The notes under the pieces are model-generated. The model did not search any database and had not been told where the DNA came from. It was given only the letters and a program-made list of their open reading frames with translations. From Octopus vulgaris (lineage: Eukaryota): a stretch of DNA of 64,000 nt. Below are positions 56,920 to 64,000 of this stretch, piece after piece. Both the position numbers and the translations under genes were made by a program. How positions within the stretch are numbered: the stretch's first letter is position 1; each line of letters opens with the position of its first letter. Location: positions 33,728,001 to 33,792,000 of the forward strand of contig OX597839.1 in assembly GCA_951406725.2 (NCBI GenBank). The letters run 5' to 3'.

Positions 56920-58460
56920 GTGTTTTTTATGTGCCACCGGTATGAAGGCCAGTCAGGCGGTACTGGCATTGACCACATTTGAATGGTGCCTTTTAAATGC
57001 CACTGGCATAGGAGCCAGTCAAGCGGCACTGGCACCGATCATGATCGAATGGGGCTTTTTATGTACCATCAGCACGGGAGCCAGTCAGGTGGCACTGGCA
57101 ATGATCACACTCGACTGATGCTTTTTATGTGCCACTGGCATAGGATCAGTCAGCCGGAACTGGCATTGACCATGCTCGAATAGTGCATTTTACATGCCAC
57201 CAGCACTGGTGCCAATCAGGCAGTACTGTCATTGGCCACAACAATGACTTCACTTGACTCAACAGGTCTTCGCAAGCACAGTTTATTGTCCAATGGTTGA
57301 AGGGTACTCTTAAATGGACCAGTTATACTGCACTGGCATAGGCCACGGTTACGGTCTCACTTGGCTTGCCGGGTCTTCTCAAGCATAGCATGTCTCCAAA
57401 GGTCTCGGTCACTAATCATTGCATCGGTAAGGTGCAACGTTCGAAGGTCGTGCTTTCACTACCTCATCCCATCATCATCATCATTGTTCGACCGTGGTCG
57501 AGACAATGGAATTTACCATGCTACGCCAGACTTCATGGTCCATCATGGCATTATGGAGGTCCTGTTGCTGGATGCCTGTATCCCTGGAGATTACATCAGG
57601 GTAGGAGAGTGTGCGCCCTCTGGTATTGCGAGTAGAAGGCTTCCAGAGGAGAAGAGTAGAAATTACCTCTTTTTCAGCTCTACAACAATGTCCAGCAAAC
57701 TGGACTCTCTTACCTCATCCCTGGTCTTCCTCTTCCACAGGTTCTCTCAACTGCTAGGGTGTGACACTTTTTCGCACAGCTGTCCTCATTTGTACGCAAC
57801 ACATGACCATACCAGTGCAGTCGTCTCTCTTGCACACCACATCTGATGCTTCTTAAATCCAACTTTTCTCTTAGGGTGTTTACACTCTCTTATGTATGCA
57901 CACTGACATTGCACATCCAGCGGACATACTAGCTTCATTCCTTGCAAGCTTACGTATGTCCTCAGCAGTTACATCCCATGTTTCACTGCCATGTAGCACG
58001 GCTATTCGCATACATGCGTCATACAGTCTACCTTTTACTCTGGGCAAGAGGCCCTTTGTCACCAGCAGAGGTAGGAACTCTCAGAACTTTGTCCACGATA
58101 TTCTTATTCTAGCAGCTACACTCTCACAACATCCACCCCCGCTACTGACTTGGTCACCTAGGTAACGGAAACTATCGACTACTTCAAGTTTTTCCCCCTG
58201 GCATGTGATGGAAGCTGCTTTCTACACATTTTCAGCGTTTATTGCCCCTGAGCATTTGCCACACACCAAAACTATCTTTCCAGTTAACTTTCCTTTGATA
58301 TTGCTGCACCTCTTATGTGTTCATAGCTTACACCTGGTACATCTTCTGGAGTTTCTACCTACGCCTTTTCTACAAATCAAGCATGGCCTTCTACCTGAAG
58401 GGATTTGTTATTTTTCTGTCTTCCTACTTATTACGACTTTGGTTTTTGCTAGATTGACTC
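56920..58460 (-). mobile_element. RTE-clade LINE 3' fragment(s) with a tandemly repeated 3' UTR
   Basis: Minus strand KLEVVDSFRYLGD and KGRLYDACMRIAVLHGSETW. A probable second nested fragment with a (CAT)n tail lies near 57470-57740. Confidence 0.7.
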
Positions 58461-58631
58461 TAATCGACTTTGATAAAACTTTTCCCAGCTGGTTTGCACA
58501 CTATGGCAACACCATTGTTATGTTTTCATTATTCTCTGTAACATCCTTTCTTTTCTATTTCAAATTCTTTGGTTTTGGGGTGGAACACACTAATTGCTTT
58601 TGAAAGAAAATAACCTGTTTCAGAAAATGAA

Positions 58632-59037
58632 GGCGCAGGAGTGGCTGTGTGGTATGTAGCTTGCTAACCAACCACATGGTTGCGGGTTCAGTCCCACTGC
58701 ATGGCATCTTGGGCAAGTGTCTTCTGCTATAGCCCCGGGCCAACCAATGCCTTGTGAGTGGATTTGGTAGACGGAAACTGAAAGAAGCCTGTCATATATA
58801 TGTATATATATATATATGTATGTTTGTGTGTCTGTGTTTGTCTCCCTAGCATTGCTTGACAACCGATGCTGGTGTGTTTATGTCCCCGTCACTTAGCGGT
58901 TCGGCAAAAGATACCGATAGAATAAGTACTGGGCTTACAAAGAATAAGTCCCGGGGTTGATTTGCTCAGCTAAAAGGCGGTGCTCCAGCATGGCCGCAGT
59001 CAAATGACTGAAACAAGTAAAAGAGTAAAAGAGAGTA
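58632..59037 (+). mobile_element. Full-length tRNA-derived CORE-type (OR-like) SINE
   Basis: A box tggctgtgtggt, B box ggttcagtccc, CORE-like cttgggcaagtgtcttct, tail ...aaacaagtaaaagagtaaaa. Confidence 0.85.
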
Positions 59038-59099
59038 ATGATACATATTAAACATACATTGAGGATATATTTAACAGAAAACCATAATATTATTATAAC

Positions 59100-60220
59100 A
59101 TTTATTGACATAATGAATTATTTATCCACATGAGTGCCATTCCGATGGATAACTTCAAAACCCCTACTGGTCATGGAATCTGTCAATTTCTTAATAGTAG
59201 CAGGTTGGACTGTGCTGTGGCTTTCATGGTTGTCCATAAGACATCTTTTGATATAAGTTAGCATCCATTGGCATAAACATCTTGTTTAATGATGGACCAA
59301 ATATTTTCGATACAGTTGAGATCCTGTTGCCACACCATCGACCTTTTACCTATTTCTTTACTACCCACAAGGGGCTAAACACAGAGAGGACAGACAAAAG
59401 GAATAAGTCGATTATATCGACCCCCAGTACGTAACTGGTACTTATTTAATTGACTCCGAAAGGATGAAAGGCAAAGTCGACCTCGGTGGAATTCGAACTC
59501 AGAACGTAGCGGCAGACGAAATACCTATTTCTTTACTACCCACAAGGAGCTAAACACAGATGACACAAACAAGGATAGACAAAAGGATTAAGTCGATTAT
59601 ATCGACCCCCAGTACGTAACTGGTACTTATTTAATTGACCCCGAAAGGATGAAAGGCAAAGTCGACCTCGGTGGAATTCGAACTCAGAACGTAGCGCAGA
59701 CGAAATACCACTAAGCATTTCGCCTGGCATGCTAATGTTTCTGCCAGCTTGCCACCTTCCATCGACTTTTTACCTTGTATGCCATAAGACCCTAGGAATA
59801 TTTGGGTGGTCCTATCTGAGTGGGAGGGAGCATGGTCATGCATGAATACAAGATTCCTTAGAAGTGACAGTGGTATGTCAATTAGCCAGGAATCCAAGAC
59901 CTCCTTCAGCAGATTGCAGTAGGCACTTTAACCCTTCAGACACCCTGACTGTGCCAAGAGGTTTGTCCCCATTGATACCAGCCCACAACATGACTCCTCC
60001 ACCCTGTTGTTGATGTTGTAAACGTTGGTGATGCTATTCTACAAAACAGGCCCAACCATTTGCCCAACTTTCCAGTTCGTCACGGGTCGCCCTGGTTTCG
60101 TTAGTGAACAGAACACAACTCATGCCTAACATCATGTACTTTTGGGGCTATTGAAGCTTGAAATTCCTGTGACGGGGCATGAAAGGAGGCAGTTTAAGGG
60201 GTTTTCACACAGAAGCCTCT
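59100..60220 (-). mobile_element. Tc1-like transposase remnant interrupted by a SINE
   Basis: Minus strand VLFTNETR, GGGVMLWAGI, VFMHDHAPSHS, DLNCIENIWSIIKQ. Confidence 0.75.
59352..59756 (-). mobile_element. Meta-domain-like SINE with a tandemly duplicated body
   Basis: Two bodies (59352-59525 and 59526-59756) under one head; ~17-bp TSD ccatcgacyttttacct. Confidence 0.8.
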
Positions 60221-60226
60221 TAAACT

Positions 60227-60262
<36 letters not shown>

Positions 60263-60350
60263 GGCTGAATGTATGGAATATACGTGGATTGACTTATATT
60301 GATAGGTATGAAGAATGAATGCTTAGATGGGTTTGTCACTAAAAGCTCTG

Positions 60351-60775
60351 GGATCTTTTCGGTTTGAACGGCAGTTTTTTCTAGCGGTGTCATATGAAAT
60401 TGTCACCCGTAATTATGACCCTAGTATCGATCTATTGCATTTTAATCTGTTTTAGGGTTAGGGTTAGGGTGGGAGGAAGGGTATATTTTTTTTCTTCACA
60501 AATGTAAATAAACCCAATCTGTTTCTTAAACGAGGGACATATTCATACGGCACAGAATTTTTTTTTTTTTACCTCAATGGACGTCATTGATTGGTTGAAA
60601 TTGCAGAAATTGAAGAAAAAACAACAACAAATATCTTACAAACTATAGAATTTTCTCAATAAAGCCAAGAGAAAAAGATGTTTTATAAACACATTCTACC
60701 AGTATACGAAGTTTAAAAGTGTTTAGCTACGTGGAAATTACTTTTAAAAAACTGCCGGTCAAACAGAACAGATCC
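60351..60775. mobile_element. MITE / non-autonomous DNA transposon with 30-bp TIRs and internal (TTAGGG)3
   Basis: ggatcttttcggtttgaacggcagtttttt versus the reverse complement of the right end, ggatctgttctgtttgaccggcagtttttt. Confidence 0.8.
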
Positions 60776-60844
60776 AAACTCTAGTTTAAAGTGCAAATAG
60801 GAATGAGGTGTTGAGTTTTGCGAATCCCAGGTGACAAGAATGGA

Positions 60845-61600
60845 AGCACTCCGTCGGTTACGACGACGAGGGTTCCGGTTGATCCGAATCAATGGAACAG
60901 CCTGCTCGTGAAATTAACGTGCAAGTGGCTGAGCACTCCACAGACACGTGTACCCTTAACGTAGTTCTCGGGGATATTCAGCGTGACATAGAGAGTGACC
61001 TTTGAAATACAGGTACAACAGAAACAGGAAGTAAGAGTGAGAGAAAGTTGTGGTGAAAGAGTACAGCAGGGATCACCACCATCCCTGCCGGAGCCTCGTG
61101 GAGCTTTTAGGTGTTTTCTATCAATAAACACTATCAATAAAGGCGCAGGAGTGGCTGTGTGGTAAGTAGCTTGCTAACCAACCACATGGTTCCGGGTTCA
61201 GTCCCACTGCGTGGCATCTTGGGCAAGTGTCTTCTGCTATAGCCCCGGGCCGACCAATGCCTTGTGAGTGGATTTGGTAGACGGAAACTGAAAGAAGCCT
61301 GTCGTATATATGTATATATATATGTGTGTGTTTGTATGTGTTTGTGTTTGTCCCCCTAGCATTGCCTGACAACCGATGCTGGTGTGTTTACGTCCCCGTT
61401 ACTTAGCGGTTCGGCAAAAGAGACCGATAGAATAAGTACTGGGCTTACAAAGAATAAGTCCCGGGATCGATTTGCTCGACTAAAGGCGGTGCTCCAGCAT
61501 GGCCGCAGTCAAATGACTGAAACAAGTAAAAGAGTAAACACTCACAACGCCCGGTCTGGGAATCGAACCCTCGTCGTCGTAACCGACGGAGTACTAACAT
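60845..61600 (-). mobile_element. Third SINE family (Nin/Deu-like core) with a rearranged 5' end, hosting a nested OR-like SINE
   Basis: Minus-strand B box ggttcgattccc and core ...gccacttgcacgttaa; 28-bp perfect inverted ends. Confidence 0.6.
61142..61534 (+). mobile_element. Full-length CORE-type (OR-like) SINE, nested
   Basis: Near-identical to the 58632 copy; TSD taaacact at 61125 and 61535. Confidence 0.85.
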
Positions 61601-61603
61601 TCC

Positions 61604-62065
61604 ATTAGAATAAAGTTGAACATCGAAATTGAAAGCCTTGAAAAGTTCCCTGATACCTTCCACATCCTTTTCGCTTCCGAGCCTTTCATTGTATTTACTC
61701 CCAACGGGAAATTTCACATTATTTATTAATATAACACGACCATGAAGTTTGAATTTCATCGGGTAGACTGACGGATCGTCTAATAGCTCGAGAATTTTAT
61801 TATGGTTTGACTTTTTCAAAGCCGACACAAATTTACGGGACTCATCTGGTAGTTTCTTACCTAGGATTTCGTGTAACCGTCGTTTCTGATCGTTAGAATC
61901 TCTTTCAGACATTATGCTCTCTTTATGGCTATATGTCAGCAAACCATTGGATAAAGCTGCATCTAAAAATGATTTGATATCGTCCATGAGTTTTACAAAA
62001 TCAACTCGGAGTTTTTGAAATTGATCCTTAGAAATATAATATACTTGGTCGTCATTCATGCTCAT
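61604..62065 (-). pseudogene. Inverted class D-like CARD-caspase truncated after codon 154; the ORF reads on into SINE sequence to 61445
   Basis: MSMNDDQVYY...[10 protein letters not shown] followed by non-caspase sequence. The upstream module is intact at ~62066-62900. Confidence 0.8.
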
Positions 62066-62906
62066 ATAAAGTTCTTAATATGAAAACAATATAAATCTCT
62101 AAAAATATAAATTTTTACCTGGAAAAGAAAAATGCAAAACAGTCCACCCTTTCACTTCCTGGTTTACGAAGAAAAACGTTTCGGGTATTGTAGTCTGCTC
62201 AGTTCGATGACTTCATTAACTGAGCCTAGTTATTTACAAACATATATATTTCAATGGCTCTTGTTAAATTTCCTTCAACCAATCAAATTTTCTTCAAAGT
62301 TCTGGATAGTTTTCCTCTGATGACGTAAATCAGAGTTATTTTTTTCTTTTAGAAACCAATAACAAAGAAACTACAAATATTTAAAGTCATGTCATTCAAG
62401 CGATTAAATAGTTTCACCTGAATACTTTTAGAAAATGCGCATTTCACATAGTTCTAACCGATTGTGTTACACTGAGAAGATTTGATGTTCGTGGGTCAGC
62501 GAAACATGCAACATAAAAATGAAGAGAAAGAAGGAAGCTGTTTCTTACAGATTTTATTTTCCTGTTAATTCGATGTTAGTATCAGAACACAAAATGCTGT
62601 GGCAGTCGGCCGTTTTACAATGCTAAGGGCGAAAATAACAAAGACAAAACGAGAGCACGTTTGGTAATAACTGCGTCTGTTGCGGATGTTAGGAAGAAGT
62701 GATTTGCTAAAAATACTGTGAGTGCGTCGTCTGAAAGCGAAAACGATTGTTACCGAATATTCTGAGAGGATTCGTAGTTAGACATGTTGGATTGTTGAAT
62801 GTGGATCGGAGTAGAATGGGAAATGAATTCGCTTATCTCCATTTACCTCTATTTTACCCCGAAATGCTGAGTTAAACCAATAGAACTTATCTAAGTTTGA
62901 CGGTCG

Positions 62907-63052
62907 AACTTGGAATGTTTCAGATGAGTTGATGTCAGCCTTGAAAAAGTCATGTCATGTTGAGATATTTATTTGATCTAAAAGATCAAATATCTTAAAA
63001 TGTTTCGATTTTTTCAAGGCTGACATCAATTAATCTGAAACATTCGGAAGTT
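62907..63052. other. Fold-back hairpin (~70-bp arms, 3-nt loop at 62980-62982) derived from CARD coding sequence
   Basis: Left arm aacttggaatgtttcagatgagttgatgtcagccttgaaaaagtc...atttgatct pairs with agatcaaat...gattttttcaaggctgacatcaattaatctgaaacattcggaagtt. Confidence 0.8.
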
Positions 63053-63260
63053 TCTTGAATATATAATCATGTAACTTTCGTATTTGGTGGTCAGTTTTTC
63101 TTTCGGACATTATTCCATTTTTATATCCCTCAGTCAATAAACCATTGGATAAAGCATGATCTAAAAATGATCCGATATCGTCCACGGGTTTTACAAAATA
63201 AACTCGGGTTTGCATAAATCGTTCCATAGAAATATGATCTACTTCTTGTTCACTGCTCAC
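62955..63260 (-). pseudogene. B-type CARD-only sequence (GTG start, AAA>TAA at 63030-63032) ending in the fold-back
   Basis: SSEQEVDHISMERF...KKLPNVSD*LMSALKKSKHFKIFDLLDQINIST*. Confidence 0.75.
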
Positions 63261-63556
63261 GTTTATATAAAATTATAGATATTAAAATAATAGAAATCTG
63301 TAAAAAAATATCAATATTCATCGGGAATAAAAAGCTAAAGAGTCAACCGTTTCACTTCCTGGTTTGCGAAGGCAAAAACGATCGGTGTAATGAAATTTGA
63401 TTAAATGCGACAATTATATTTATACAGAGACACACATATAAAGCGGACTTAAAGAATGCAGACCGATTCCACTTGGCTTTTTTTTGGGGGGGTTTTTTTT
63501 TACAGAATGGGGGATTCTGAAAAAAAATAACAGAAGTGGGTGCCGTCCACATATGA

Positions 63557-63596
<40 letters not shown>

Positions 63597-63597
63597 C

Positions 63598-63629
<32 letters not shown>

Positions 63630-64000
63630 CGTATGTATGTATGTATGTATGTATGTATGTATGTATGTATGTATGTATGTACGTATGTATGTATGTACGT
63701 ACATACGTATGTATGTATGTATGTATCTATGTATGTATGTATGTATGTATGTATGCATGTAAGTATGTATGTATGTATGTATGTGTGTATGTATGTATGT
63801 ATGTATGTATGTATGTATGTATGTATATATGTATGTTAATACGTATTTAATGATCTGAGATCTTCCTGGTCTCGTTTGCTTCGTTTAAGCCATCACGACC
63901 AAGGTCATGCTGGAGCAAAAACCGCCTATTTAGCGTATAGCAACTTGGCTTTTCTACAGTAGAGGCGTGAGACTGCTACAGTTACCTCCCTTGCACTCGA

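Noticed and set aside
55016-58603. Plus-strand ORFs of 60-160 aa in the transposon region
   Set aside because: No recognisable motifs; they mostly overlap or flank antisense Gypsy/RTE remnants and simple repeats.
58632-58700. tRNA genes (A/B boxes here and at 54643 and 61142)
   Set aside because: These are SINE heads followed by SINE body, tail and TSDs.
60452-60469. Interstitial telomere or chromosome fusion site
   Set aside because: Only three units, located inside a TIR element.

Overview
Eukaryotic, AT-rich and microsatellite-rich DNA. The tRNA-derived SINE families and repeat landscape suggest a coleoid cephalopod, probably Octopus (inference). Positions 1-53.8 kb hold a head-to-tail tandem array of paralogous genes with single-exon coding regions. 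Each encodes an N-terminal CARD-like death fold plus a caspase (peptidase C14) domain: 15 full-length or near-full-length copies (8 intact ORFs, 7 disrupted) plus N- and C-terminal fragments. The array is built from a ~6.5 kb unit (1-16 kb) and a ~16-19.5 kb higher-order unit (16-52 kb). Paralogs differ at key catalytic positions: Cys-containing copies (NTC[E/Q]), c-FLIP-like Cys>Tyr copies (NTYQ), copies with S1-pocket Arg changes, and repeated truncations to CARD-only or CARD-plus products. Two of the key substitutions (TGT>TAT, AGG>AAG) could in principle be reversed by A-to-I editing. A CARD-derived fold-back hairpin lies at 62.9-63.05 kb, and its antisense arm is copied upstream of most genes. 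Positions 53.8-61.6 kb are transposon debris (CR1, Gypsy, RTE, Tc1, SINEs, MITE). Positions 61.6-64 kb are an inverted block of the same array, truncated at a SINE junction. Paralog class labels A-F are my own. Some single-base lesions may be long-read consensus errors.
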